This document shows, piece by piece, positions 19,404 to 28,817 of a stretch of DNA of 64,000 bases. Both the position numbers and the translations under genes were made by a program. This stretch comes from Planctomycetota bacterium (lineage in GTDB: Bacteria > Planctomycetota > UBA1135 > UBA2386). The first letter of the stretch is position 1, and every line of letters begins with the position of its first letter. Location of the stretch: contig OZ245838.1 in assembly GCA_965228735.1 (NCBI GenBank), positions 4,448,001 to 4,512,000 on the forward strand, in the 5' to 3' direction. Below the pieces are notes generated by a model. That model was not told the DNA's origin, searched no databases, and saw only the letters and a list, made by a program, of their open reading frames with translations.

Positions 19404-20030
19404 TCAGCGGAACCGCCGCACCACACCGCGCACGACGCCGCGGATCTGCACGTTGTCGGTGAAGATGGGCTCCATGCTCGCGTTGGCCGGCTGCAGTCGG
19501 ACGAGGCCGTTGCGCTCGCGGTAGAACCGCTTGAGCGTCGCCTCTTCGTCCTCGAGCACGGCGACGACGATGTCGCCGTCGCTCGCCGTCTCGCGCCGCT
19601 CGACCACGACGAGGTCGCCGTCGTCGATGTGGTCCTCGATCATCGACTTGCCGCGCACGCGCAGCAGGTACATCTGATCGCCGGTCGGCACGAGGTCGGT
19701 GAGGCTGACCTCCTCTCGATCCTCGAGCGCGTCGATCGGCCGACCGGCCGCGATCATGCCGACGAGCGGCAGGCTCGGGATCGCCTCGGGGCCCGCCGCA
19801 TCCGGCTCCGCGTCGGGATCGTGCAGGATCGCGACCGCGCGCGCCTTGGCCCGGTCCCGATGGATCGCCCCCTTGCGATTCAGCTGGTTGAGGTGCTCGT
19901 GCACCGTGATCTTGCTCACGCCTAGCGCCTTGGCCGCTTCGTCCAGCGTCGGCGAGATGCCGCGTTCGCGCCGGTAGTCGCGGAAGTAGCGAAGCACTCG
20001 AATCTGCTTCTCCGTAAGCATCAACTCCAT
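19404..20030 (-). CDS. lexA: SOS transcriptional repressor LexA
   Basis: N-terminal wHTH (LTEKQ...SPTLDEAA), Ala-Gly cleavage site IAAGRP, Ser in GKSM, Lys in TLKRF. Confidence 0.96.
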   Translation of the reverse strand: MELMLTEKQIRVLRYFRDYRRERGISPTLDEAAKALGVSKITVHEHLNQLNRKGAIHRDRAKARAVAILHDPDAEPDAAGPEAIPSLPLVGMIAAGRPIDALEDREEVSLTDLVPTGDQMYLLRVRGKSMIEDHIDDGDLVVVERRETASDGDIVVAVLEDEEATLKRFYRERNGLVRLQPANASMEPIFTDNVQIRGVVRGVVRRFR

Positions 20031-20133
20031 GGCAGTCCCTCCCGTTCAATCGAGCAGAGGTGGATTGACGCGACTTCGGAGGTACCGCCCGACCGCAGCC
20101 ACGTCGTCATCGTGCGCACGTGTTCTGGTTCCG

Positions 20134-20469
20134 TTATGCGAACAAAGCCAGAACCACGATTGCGGCCATGAGCATACAGGATCCGATCAGCTCGATGGAA
20201 TGACGAATCCGCTTGGCTGCAAAGGCGTTGGCAGCACCGTCGTCGAACTCCGAACACCGGCTCACCGGAGCGTCTCGCCGCGGCGTCGTGTCGAGCACCA
20301 TCGGACCGCGCTCCCCAACCCGAGCAGCGGCCGGAGCACGGGCCGCAACACCGGCCCGATCACGCAACCCGTCCAGGGACCAGCGCTTGCCCTTGCCGTT
20401 CGGCAGGATGGCCGCGGTCTGCGAACGGGCGTCGGCGAACGGCAAACGGTGTTGGCGGGCGAACTTCAT
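20134..20469 (-). CDS. Small hypothetical protein with C-terminal TM helix, upstream of lexA
   Basis: 111-aa ORF ending IELIGSCMLMAAIVVLALFA, co-oriented with lexA and preceded by a promoter-like sequence. Confidence 0.55.
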   Translation of the reverse strand: MKFARQHRLPFADARSQTAAILPNGKGKRWSLDGLRDRAGVAARAPAAARVGERGPMVLDTTPRRDAPVSRCSEFDDGAANAFAAKRIRHSIELIGSCMLMAAIVVLALFA

Positions 20470-20522
20470 GGCGATCTTCCGTGGGGTTGCTGCGTGGGGA
20501 GGGACCAAAGGCTGCCCGAGCT

Positions 20523-20570
20523 GTTCGGCTCAGGTTCGGAGCAGGTTAGGGTTGTGTTCGCCAAACGCAA
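20523..20570 (-). promoter_or_regulatory. Sigma-70-like promoter overlapped by a candidate LexA operator array
   Basis: TTGCGT-N16-TAACCT overlapped by GAAC-N7-TAAC-N7-GAAC-N7-GAAC. Confidence 0.6.
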
Positions 20571-20694
20571 CCCGAATCTCGATTTCGCGAGAGCAGAATC
20601 CCCCGCCCTCCAGGGGATGGACGAAATCTTGTCCGGGGCGAACAGTTGACGCTGCCGCGCCATGCGGTCGCCTGCTTCGAAACGCCTGCTCAGG

Positions 20695-21240
20695 ATGCCA
20701 CGTCCGACCGAGGAACTGCGCGCCGACCACGCGGTCGTCGCATCCGGTCTCGCCGTGCTCGGCGCGATCGCGAATCACGTGCGCGACGGCCACGCGTTCC
20801 CGACCGACGACGCTGCCGTCGTGCTGCGGTTCCTCCGCGAGTTCGTCGTCGGTACGCACTTTCGGAAGGAGAACGAGATCGTGTGGCCGGCCATCGCGAT
20901 GCGCGCGGCCGACGCCGAGGCCACCGCCGTCGGCCAGCTCATGGCGGCGCAGGACGCGGCCCACGACCTGGTCCAGAGCCTCGTGTTCTTCTGGGAACCG
21001 GCCGGCGAGCTCACCGAGCCGGAGCGGCTCGGGTTCGCCGACACGGTCGCCGCATTGCGCGCCGCGATGGCGCAGCTCCAGGCCGACGAAGAACGGCTGT
21101 TTCTGAGCTGCGATCGCGTGGTGCCGGCCGACGACCAGCTCGACTGGTCCGAGCGGTTCGCCGAGCTCGAAGCCGAACGCGCGGTGCGGGGTGAGTGGCA
21201 GCAGCTGCTGCGGCCACTCAGCGCGCGCTGGATCGCCTGA
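20695..21240 (+). CDS. Hemerythrin-domain protein
   Basis: ELRADH...FLREFVVGTHFRKENEIVWP matches the HHE pattern; later His ligands appear degenerate. Confidence 0.75.
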   Translation: MPRPTEELRADHAVVASGLAVLGAIANHVRDGHAFPTDDAAVVLRFLREFVVGTHFRKENEIVWPAIAMRAADAEATAVGQLMAAQDAAHDLVQSLVFFWEPAGELTEPERLGFADTVAALRAAMAQLQADEERLFLSCDRVVPADDQLDWSERFAELEAERAVRGEWQQLLRPLSARWIA

Positions 21241-21283
21241 CGCCGGGCCCGCCCCGGTGTCGGTCGAGGACCGCCCGGACCCC

Positions 21284-23338
21284 CTACGGCTCGATCACCA
21301 GCTCGGCGGGCGCGCTCGCCGTGATGCCGCCGCCGCCGTCGATGACGAGACCGGCGAACGCGAGCCGCAGCCCGACCGCGTAGGGCGCCGCAACGGCCGG
21401 GATGTTGATGCCGCCCGTCGCGCGGCCGTCGCCGTCGAGGCCGCCGAGGAAGCCGGGGAAGAACGGGTTGTTCATCCCGCCGACCGCGATGCTCGTGAAG
21501 ACGTCGGCCGTGACCGGCACGGGCACGCCACTGACGATCATCCCGGGCACCGTGCCGCTGCCGCCGAGCACGAGCATGTAGACCTCGCCGGCGCGATCAC
21601 TGCCGCCGTCGACGGTGAGCGCGTGGCCGAAGCCACCCGTCGCGCTGACGCGGTCGAGCCGCGGCGTCAGCGAGACGCCGACCGGCTCGAGCGGCACGTC
21701 GAGGCGCGGCGCGAACGTCGGGTCGATCTGCACCGCGAGGTCGGCATCGACGAAGTCGGGCGTCGCGTAGAAGTGCACGTTCCCCGGCTGGCGCTTGAGG
21801 TTGATGTTCTCGAGCGACAGGCGCAGCCGGTGCCCCGCCTCGAACACGTAGCCGACGTCACCGAGCTCGATGCGCAGCCGATGACGACCCGGCGCGACCT
21901 GGCGCAACGCGGCGGTCCCCGACGTGACGAAGCGCTCCTGGTTGCCTGGTGTCACGTCGTAGAGCGCCGCCGACAGCTGGCAGTCGGTCACGTTGACGTC
22001 GACGTCGAGCTCGACCACGCTGCGGCCGAAGAGCTCGGCCGGGCCCGGCAGCGGCGATGTGTCGAACGACGCCCGCACGAGCGGGATGCGCGGCAGCACG
22101 TCGACGGGCCGCGCGCCGTGTTGCATGAACTGCAGCATGCCGTAGCCCGCCTGCACGCGGTGCTGGATCGTCGGCCCGGCCTCGACGCCGGCCGGTGCGC
22201 TCGGATCGAGCTGCCCCGCGGTCCGCAGGTAGAAGCGGCGCGACGGTGCGATCGGCCACGTCGCGCTGCGGCGGTGGCGCCAATCGGTCGTCGGGTCGAG
22301 GTAGTCGCTCGGCGCGCTCGGCAGGATCGCGACCTCGGCGAACGGTTCGACGTCGACCTGGTTGGGCTCGTTCTTGAGGAAGCGGTCGAACCAGCGTTCG
22401 GTGAAGTCGCGGCGCACCGTCGTCGCGCCGTTGCTGCCCGCAGCGCCGTGTCCGCCCGTGATCTGCACGTAGCGCGTCGGCAGGCTCACGGGCAGCGTCG
22501 CCATCGCGTCGGCGTTGACGTTCACGAAGTGCTTGCTGTCGTCGTAGGCATAGCTCACGAGCAGCGGCACCGTCGTCTGCTGCAACTGCGGCAGCAGATC
22601 GAGCGTCGGGTCGCCGGCCATCGCCGCGGCCAGCCCGGCGTAGTCGTGCGTGATCATCAGGCTCGACAGCGGGCCGTTGCTGCCTTCGTGCTCGTACGCC
22701 GAGACCACCCAGTCCGCCTTCATCAGCGCGCCGTGGAGCAGCGCGTCGGACGGGGTGTCGATGACCTGGATGTCGGTGTGGATCGCGGAGATCACCGGCA
22801 TGTGCGTCACGTGCCCGGGCACGAGCAGCGGCCGGCCCGAGTACGCTGCGGCGAGCAGCGCGTGCTTGCCGCCGCCCGACTTGCCCATGACCGCGAGGCG
22901 GCTCTCGTCGAGGCTGCTGCCGTACTGGTTCTCGGCGTAGGCGAAGATCTCGGCCATGTCCGTGAGCCGCGACGGATCGACGCGCCGGCCCGGTGGATTG
23001 AGCGTCAGCGTGACGCCGTTGTTGCCCGTGTCGTACGCGAGCGTCAGGTAGCCGTTCTTGCTGAGGCGCTCGGCGATCGATTGCACCCAGCTGCGCTTGC
23101 GGCTGCCGCCGCCGCCGTGCACCACGAGCGCGCATGGCCAGCCCGTCGCGGGCGCGGCGACCGTCGGATAGCGCACGTCGAGGCGCGTCCGGTAGCCGTC
23201 CGAGTACGTGATCAGCTGATCGGCGTCGAGCTGGATCGGGAAGCCGCCCGGCGGCACGGGTGGATCCTGCGCCAGGATCGATCCGGTGACGACGGCGAAC
23301 GTGAGAAGAGAAGACGACAACGACAAGGCGTGGGGCAT
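21284..23338 (-). CDS. Secreted CocE/NonD (S15) alpha/beta hydrolase with extra C-terminal domain
   Basis: Signal peptide, VHGGGG, nucleophile GKSGGG, PepX_C-like GYVFEAGHRLRLSL. Confidence 0.85.
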   Translation of the reverse strand: MPHALSLSSSLLTFAVVTGSILAQDPPVPPGGFPIQLDADQLITYSDGYRTRLDVRYPTVAAPATGWPCALVVHGGGGSRKRSWVQSIAERLSKNGYLTLAYDTGNNGVTLTLNPPGRRVDPSRLTDMAEIFAYAENQYGSSLDESRLAVMGKSGGGKHALLAAAYSGRPLLVPGHVTHMPVISAIHTDIQVIDTPSDALLHGALMKADWVVSAYEHEGSNGPLSSLMITHDYAGLAAAMAGDPTLDLLPQLQQTTVPLLVSYAYDDSKHFVNVNADAMATLPVSLPTRYVQITGGHGAAGSNGATTVRRDFTERWFDRFLKNEPNQVDVEPFAEVAILPSAPSDYLDPTTDWRHRRSATWPIAPSRRFYLRTAGQLDPSAPAGVEAGPTIQHRVQAGYGMLQFMQHGARPVDVLPRIPLVRASFDTSPLPGPAELFGRSVVELDVDVNVTDCQLSAALYDVTPGNQERFVTSGTAALRQVAPGRHRLRIELGDVGYVFEAGHRLRLSLENINLKRQPGNVHFYATPDFVDADLAVQIDPTFAPRLDVPLEPVGVSLTPRLDRVSATGGFGHALTVDGGSDRAGEVYMLVLGGSGTVPGMIVSGVPVPVTADVFTSIAVGGMNNPFFPGFLGGLDGDGRATGGINIPAVAAPYAVGLRLAFAGLVIDGGGGITASAPAELVIEP

Positions 23339-23584
23339 GGTAATGGCAGTGGCTGCGCGTTGGGGTTTGGCAGGGCGCCGCTTCGGTAGCAGTCGGTTCT
23401 GCGATGCGACGGCACAGCAGTGCAAGAACCAGCCGCGCCCGAACGCACGCGAAATGCGCGGCCTTGTCATCCCGGCACCGGTCCGCACAATGACTCACGG
23501 TCCTCACCGTTCGCCCACGGAGCCGGTCAGCCACGTGGCGCAACCAGGCGGTGAGTCGTGTCGCTGGTCCCACAGGTAGCGTTG

Positions 23585-24229
23585 ATGATTCTGAAGCTCA
23601 CCCGTCCGCTCGTCTTTCTGGACTTCGAAACCACCGGTCTGGACATCCAGAACGACCGCATCGTCGAGCTCGCGTTCGTCCGGCTCCTGCCCGACGGCAC
23701 GCGCGAGTCGCTCGTGCAGCGCGTCAACCCCGGCGTCGAGCTCAGCAAGGGCGCGACCAAGGTCACGGGCATCCACACGATGGACGCGACCGGCCTGTTC
23801 TGGGGCCCGCCGCTCAAGAAGTGCGGCGACAAGCTGCTCGAGTTCTTGAGCGACAGCGACATCGCGGGCTTCAACCAGATCGGCTACGACATGCCGCTGT
23901 GGGAGAACGAGTGCAAGCGGCACGACATCTCCTATGACCCGAACGGTCGTCACCAGGTCGACGTGAAGATCATCTTCAACGTCATGGAGACCGGTTGGGA
24001 CCGCTTCCTCATGGGGCCGCGCAACCTCACGGCCGCGGTGCGGCACTACTGCGGTCGCGAGCTCGAAGGCGCGCACGGCGCCGAGGCCGACACCATGGCG
24101 ACCGTCGACGTGCTGCTCGCGCAGCTGCAGCGCTACCCCGACCTGCCGCGCGACGTGCCCGGCCTCGCCCGCTGGTGCACCGAGCACCAACGCGAACTCG
24201 AGGCCTCGCAGCAATCGCAACAGAGCTGA
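23585..24229 (+). CDS. DEDDh 3'-5' exonuclease (DNA polymerase III epsilon-like)
   Basis: FLDFETTGL, GFNQIGYD, AHGAEAD. Confidence 0.92.
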   Translation: MILKLTRPLVFLDFETTGLDIQNDRIVELAFVRLLPDGTRESLVQRVNPGVELSKGATKVTGIHTMDATGLFWGPPLKKCGDKLLEFLSDSDIAGFNQIGYDMPLWENECKRHDISYDPNGRHQVDVKIIFNVMETGWDRFLMGPRNLTAAVRHYCGRELEGAHGAEADTMATVDVLLAQLQRYPDLPRDVPGLARWCTEHQRELEASQQSQQS

Positions 24230-24245
24230 GCGGGGCGAACCGCGC

Positions 24246-24689
24246 ATGGCCTGGAAGACGCAGCTGCGCTACCGCTTCGGCGACATCGACGAAGCCGGCA
24301 TCGCCTACTACCCCAAACTGCTGCACTACTTCCACTGCGCGTTCGAGGACTGGTGGAGCGACGGCCTCGGGTATCCCTACCGCGACTTCCTGCGCGGCGA
24401 CGAACTCGGGCTGCCCGCGGTGAAGCTCGAGGCCGAGTTCTTCGCGCCGGTGAAGTACGGCGACGAGCCGTGGGTGCACCTCGGCATCGGCCGACTCGGA
24501 CGTTCGGCCGTCGAGTTCCTCATGTGGATGACGCGCGGCGACGATCCGACCCCGCTGTGTCGCGCGCGGATCACGACGGCGCTCGTCGACATGGCGGCGA
24601 TGCGCGGCACGCCGTTGCCGGATGGTTGGCGCGAGCGGTTCGAGCCGTTCGTGATCGACGAGAGCGAGTTCCCGACCGCGCGAGGGTGA
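24246..24689 (+). CDS. Acyl-CoA thioesterase (4HBT/YbgC hot-dog family)
   Basis: RFGDIDEAGIAYY and FFAPVKYGD. Confidence 0.9.
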   Translation: MAWKTQLRYRFGDIDEAGIAYYPKLLHYFHCAFEDWWSDGLGYPYRDFLRGDELGLPAVKLEAEFFAPVKYGDEPWVHLGIGRLGRSAVEFLMWMTRGDDPTPLCRARITTALVDMAAMRGTPLPDGWRERFEPFVIDESEFPTARG

Positions 24690-24690
24690 G

Positions 24691-25458
24691 CTACGGGAGC
24701 TCGAACCCGCGCGGGAAGTAGCTCGCGGGGTCGACGGCCCGGACGCCGAAGACCGTCTCGACGTTCGCGGGCGCCAGGGTTTCCTGCGGCGGGCCCGAGG
24801 CGAGGATGCGGCCCTCGTGCAGCAGCGCGACGCGGTCGCAGTGCGGCGCGATGAGGTTGAGGTCGTGCGAGGCGATCGCGACGCCGTGGCCGCGATCGTC
24901 GACGACCTGGCGCAGCAGCTGGACGAGTTGCAGTGCGTGCTCGAGGTCGAGGTTGGCGGTCGGTTCGTCGAGCAGCATGAGCGGCGCCTCGGTCGCGAGC
25001 GCGCGGGCGACGGCGATGCGGCGGCGCTCGCCGCCGGAGAGCGTGGTGACGGGCCGGTCGCAGAACGTCGTGGCGTCGACAGCCGTGAGCGCACGTTCGA
25101 CCGCGTCGCGGTCAGCGGGGCCGAGCATCGACGTTCTCGGCGAGTGCGGGTAACGCCCCATCTCGACGAGCTGGCGGCCCGTGAACTCGAACGGTGAGTC
25201 GCTCTCCTGCTCGACGAACGCGAGTTCGCGCGCGCGCGCGAGCGGCTCGAAGGAGTGCACCTCGCGGCCGTGCAGCGTGACGTTACCCGCCTCCGCGCAC
25301 AACGCGCCGACGAGAAGTCGCAGCAGCGTGCTCTTGCCAGCACCGTTGCGACCAGCGAGCAGCACGAGCTCGCCCGGCATGAGCTCGAAGTCGACGGCCG
25401 CGAGCACGGTGCGATCGCCGCGCTGTACCCGGACGGAGCTGGCGGTGATCCCGTTCAC
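24691..25458 (-). CDS. Iron-chelate/heme/cobalamin ABC transporter ATP-binding protein
   Basis: GRNGAGKST, LSGGE, LLDEPTANLD, SHDLN; GTGA overlap with the permease gene. Confidence 0.93.
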   Translation of the reverse strand: MNGITASSVRVQRGDRTVLAAVDFELMPGELVLLAGRNGAGKSTLLRLLVGALCAEAGNVTLHGREVHSFEPLARARELAFVEQESDSPFEFTGRQLVEMGRYPHSPRTSMLGPADRDAVERALTAVDATTFCDRPVTTLSGGERRRIAVARALATEAPLMLLDEPTANLDLEHALQLVQLLRQVVDDRGHGVAIASHDLNLIAPHCDRVALLHEGRILASGPPQETLAPANVETVFGVRAVDPASYFPRGFELP

Positions 25459-26459
25459 AGCGCTTCTCCGCGCCGGTGCCGGGCGAGCAGGAACAGGAAG
25501 TAGGGCGCCCCGAGGATCGCGGTGACGACGCCGAGCCGGAGGTTCGCATCGGGCGGCACGGCGCGGCAGAGCAGATCGCTGAGCACGAGCAGCAGCGCCC
25601 CGATCGCGGCGGCGACGGGCAGAAGCGTCCGGTGCGCGGGACCGACGACGAGGCGCGCGAGGTGCGGCACGACGAGGCCGACGAACGCGATGCCGCCCGT
25701 GTTGGACACCGTCGCGGCGGTCAGGCCGCACGCAAACCACAGCATGCGCCGGCGCACACGCTGCGCCTCCACTCCGAGGCTGTGCGCGCTGTCGTCGCCG
25801 AGCGTCAGCAGGTCGAGGACGCGCGCGTTCGGTACGATGCCGAGCGCGAAGACGACGAAGCCGATCACCGTGATCGCGGCGTGATCCCACGTGCTGCGTT
25901 CGAGCCCACCCATGAGCCAGAACAGCACCTCGGAGCTCGCGGTGTAGTTGTCGAACGTGAACGTCACGACGAACGAGGTCAGCGCGCCGACCAACGTGTT
26001 GAGCGCTATGCCCGCGAGCAGCAACCCGGCGACGGAGAAGCGGCCGTAGCTGCCGGCGAGCACGAACACGAGCGCGGTCACGACGAGCGCGCCGACGAAC
26101 GAAGCCGCCGGCACCGCGAGGATCGACCAGCTCGCGAACCCCGCGACGATCGCGAGCGCGCCGCCGAACGCCGCGCCCGCGGACGTGCCGATCACGTCGG
26201 GCGACGCGAGCGGGTTTTTGAACGTGGCCTGCATCGTCGCGCCCGCGAGCGCGAGCGCGGCACCAGCGAAGATCGCGACGAGCAGCTGCGGCGCGCGCTT
26301 GTTGGCGAGGATGAACGAGTCGATCGCGTCGGCGTCGCCGGTCAGCCACGCGAGCAGCTCGCGCGGACCCGGTCCGGGGCCGACGCAGAGATACGCCGCG
26401 CTGGCCACGACGAGCAGGCCGAGGACGAGCCAGAACACCGCACCAGCGCGTCGCGTCAC
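25455..26459 (-). CDS. FecCD/BtuC-family ABC permease
   Basis: QATFKNPLASPDVIG, GGIAFVGLVVPH, GVVTAILGAPYF. Confidence 0.93.
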   Translation of the reverse strand: MTRRAGAVFWLVLGLLVVASAAYLCVGPGPGPRELLAWLTGDADAIDSFILANKRAPQLLVAIFAGAALALAGATMQATFKNPLASPDVIGTSAGAAFGGALAIVAGFASWSILAVPAASFVGALVVTALVFVLAGSYGRFSVAGLLLAGIALNTLVGALTSFVVTFTFDNYTASSEVLFWLMGGLERSTWDHAAITVIGFVVFALGIVPNARVLDLLTLGDDSAHSLGVEAQRVRRRMLWFACGLTAATVSNTGGIAFVGLVVPHLARLVVGPAHRTLLPVAAAIGALLLVLSDLLCRAVPPDANLRLGVVTAILGAPYFLFLLARHRRGEAL

Positions 26460-27361
26460 CGCGGCCCCCACTCGAGCAGCTGCGCCTGGATGTGCGCCAC
26501 CGCGTCGACCGCGTGGTGCGAGGTGTCGGCCAGCAGCGCCGACGGCACGAACAGCAGCCGGTCTCGCTGCACGGCCGGCAGCAGCGCGAGCCCCGCTGAT
26601 TGGGTCAGCCACGCCGGCGCCTCGTTGACCGGCGTCGTCCGCACATCGGCCGCGCTCCCGAGCACGAGCACTGCGGGGCGCCACGCGAGCACGGCTTCGA
26701 GCGACAGCTTGCGGAACGGTCCGACCCCGTTCTCGGCCGCGAGATTGCGGGCGCCGGCCGCGCGCACGACGGCGTCGAACAGGGAGTCCTGGCCGTAGGT
26801 GTGGAACGCGCCGTCGAGACTCATGAGCGCGAAGCCGCCGAGATCCTGCCCGCGTTCTGCGAGTGCATCGAGGCGCGCTTCGGTCCGCGCGACGAGTGCC
26901 GTGGCCGCGCTCTCGAGATGGCACGCGTCGCCGATCAGCCGGATGTTGTCGAGGATGACTTCGAAGCTCGTGGGGTTGGCCGGGCGCAGCACCGGCACGC
27001 CGGCCAGCTCGAGAATCGCGACGGTCTCGGCACCCGTGAACGCATCGATGATCACGAGATCGGGGCGCGCCGACAGCAGCTGCTCGGGTTCGGCGCCGAC
27101 CGCGGGCACGGCCGTGAGCTCGGCTGCGACGAGCGAATAGCGCGTGTCCTTCGCGAGCGTGTGCACCGCCGCGATGCGCTCGCGCGGCGCGATCGCGAGC
27201 AACGTCTCCGCCGCGAGCACGGAGCCGGCGACGATGCGCACGGGCGGCGTGGCCGGCCGTTCGAATTCTGTAACCGCACGGTTACACGCGATCGCGAACA
27301 GCGGCAGTGCGAGCAGCAGCGATGCGAGCGTGCGGTCGGTCGAAGAACGGCGCCAGAACAC
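26456..27361 (-). CDS. BtuF/FhuD-family substrate-binding lipoprotein
   Basis: Lipobox FAIAC, EQLLSARPDLVI, LPAVQRDR. Start is uncertain. Confidence 0.85.
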   Translation of the reverse strand: MFWRRSSTDRTLASLLLALPLFAIACNRAVTEFERPATPPVRIVAGSVLAAETLLAIAPRERIAAVHTLAKDTRYSLVAAELTAVPAVGAEPEQLLSARPDLVIIDAFTGAETVAILELAGVPVLRPANPTSFEVILDNIRLIGDACHLESAATALVARTEARLDALAERGQDLGGFALMSLDGAFHTYGQDSLFDAVVRAAGARNLAAENGVGPFRKLSLEAVLAWRPAVLVLGSAADVRTTPVNEAPAWLTQSAGLALLPAVQRDRLLFVPSALLADTSHHAVDAVAHIQAQLLEWGPR

Positions 27362-27474
27362 CCGCGCATCATGGGCGGAGCACCGCGCCAGGGCCACGAC
27401 GAGGTCGCGCGCGCCAACGCTATACTGCGATCGTTCCCCCGGGCCGCGCACTTGAAAGCGTGGCCAACTCGACG

Positions 27475-28149
27475 ATGACCCAGCGTATCCCGGAACTGCA
27501 ATCGGGCGACTGCCTGACCCGCGACGAGTTCGAGCGGCGCTACGCCGCGATGCCGCACTTGAAGAAGGCCGAACTCATCGAAGGAGTCGTCTACGTGGGG
27601 TCTCCCGTTCGACATCGCCAGCACGGGCTGCCGCATTGGCTGCTCTCGTATTGGCTCGGCGTTTTCAGAGAACGCACCAAGGGTCTGGAGGTAAGCGACA
27701 ACGCCACCGTGCGCCTCGACCTCGACAACGAGCCACAGCCCGATCTCGTGCTCGGGCTTCCCCGCCATGCGGGCGGTGGGGTGGAGGTTACCGACGACGG
27801 TTACTTCGAAGGTGCCCCTGAACTCATCGTGGAGATCACAGCAAGCTCCGTTAGCTACGACCTGCACCAGAAGAAGCGTGCGTACCGCCGAAACGGCGTG
27901 CAGGAGTACCTCGTTCACCGGACCGAAGACGGCGAGGTCGACTGGTTCATACTGAAACGAGGCAAGTACGTGCGCCAGCAAGCGGACGTCGATGGTCTGC
28001 TGAAGAGCCGCGTGTTTCCGGGCCTCTGGCTCGACGTCGACGCCTTGCTCAACGACGACCAGGAGCGACTGCGGCTCGTCGTCGAACGCGGGTGCGCGAC
28101 GCCGGAGCACGCGCGGTTCCGGGCGCACCTGCGAGGGCGTTCCGAATGA
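27475..28149 (+). CDS. Uma2-family (DUF820) endonuclease-fold protein
   Basis: AELIEGVVY, PQPD, PELIVEI, K.AYRRNGVQEY, SRVFPGL; TATACT -10-like hexamer at 27421. Confidence 0.93.
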   Translation: MTQRIPELQSGDCLTRDEFERRYAAMPHLKKAELIEGVVYVGSPVRHRQHGLPHWLLSYWLGVFRERTKGLEVSDNATVRLDLDNEPQPDLVLGLPRHAGGGVEVTDDGYFEGAPELIVEITASSVSYDLHQKKRAYRRNGVQEYLVHRTEDGEVDWFILKRGKYVRQQADVDGLLKSRVFPGLWLDVDALLNDDQERLRLVVERGCATPEHARFRAHLRGRSE

Positions 28150-28817
28150 TCTCGAGCCTTCCTTCCCTCGAGGCCGGCGACTGCCTGACCCGCGACGAGT
28201 TCGAGCGGCGCTACGACGCGATGCCGCACCTGAAGCGGGCCGAACTCATCGAGGGCGTGGTCTATCTACAGCTCCGTGTCCCGCACACCGGGCATGGCCG
28301 TCCGCACTTCGTGCTCGGAGGCTGGCTGTCGTCCTACGAACTCGAAACCCGCGGCCTCATCGCGAGCAACAGCGCCAGCGTCCGCCTCGACCTCGACAAC
28401 GAACCGCAGCCTGACCTCTTGCTCGGACTTCCCGAACAGCTCGGCGGCGCGTTGCGTATCGATGACGACGGCATCCTCGAAGGCCCGCCGGAACTGATCC
28501 TCGAGGTCACGACCAGCTCGGTCAGCTACGACCTGCATCAGAAGAAGCACGCCTACCGCCGGAATGGCGTGTGCAAATACGTCGTGCATCGTGTCGCCGA
28601 CCGCGAGGTCGATTGGTTCGTGCTCGATCGCGGAAACTACGTGCGGCAAGAACCGGACGTCGACGGACTGCTGAAGAGCCGGGTCTTTCCCGGGCTCTGG
28701 CTCGACGTCCACGCGCTGCTCACCGAGAAGCTGCCGGGCCTCCAGGCGGCGATCGCACGTGGTTGCCGCACGCCGGAGCACGCACAGTTCCGAGCCCGGC
28801 TCGCGGGGACTCCATGA
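28146..28817 (+). CDS. Uma2-family (DUF820) protein, tandem paralogue
   Basis: Same motifs as the upstream copy; ATGA overlap. Confidence 0.93.
   Translation: MISSLPSLEAGDCLTRDEFERRYDAMPHLKRAELIEGVVYLQLRVPHTGHGRPHFVLGGWLSSYELETRGLIASNSASVRLDLDNEPQPDLLLGLPEQLGGALRIDDDGILEGPPELILEVTTSSVSYDLHQKKHAYRRNGVCKYVVHRVADREVDWFVLDRGNYVRQEPDVDGLLKSRVFPGLWLDVHALLTEKLPGLQAAIARGCRTPEHAQFRARLAGTP

Noticed and set aside
27362..27474. Cobalamin riboswitch upstream of the Btu/Fec-like ABC transporter
   Set aside because: The intergenic space is only about 110 nt and no B12-box consensus is recognisable, so the substrate is left unassigned.
27475..28817. Restriction-modification or other defence island around the Uma2 genes
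   Set aside because: No methyltransferase or other defence genes nearby, and Uma2 paralogues are commonly scattered in such genomes.
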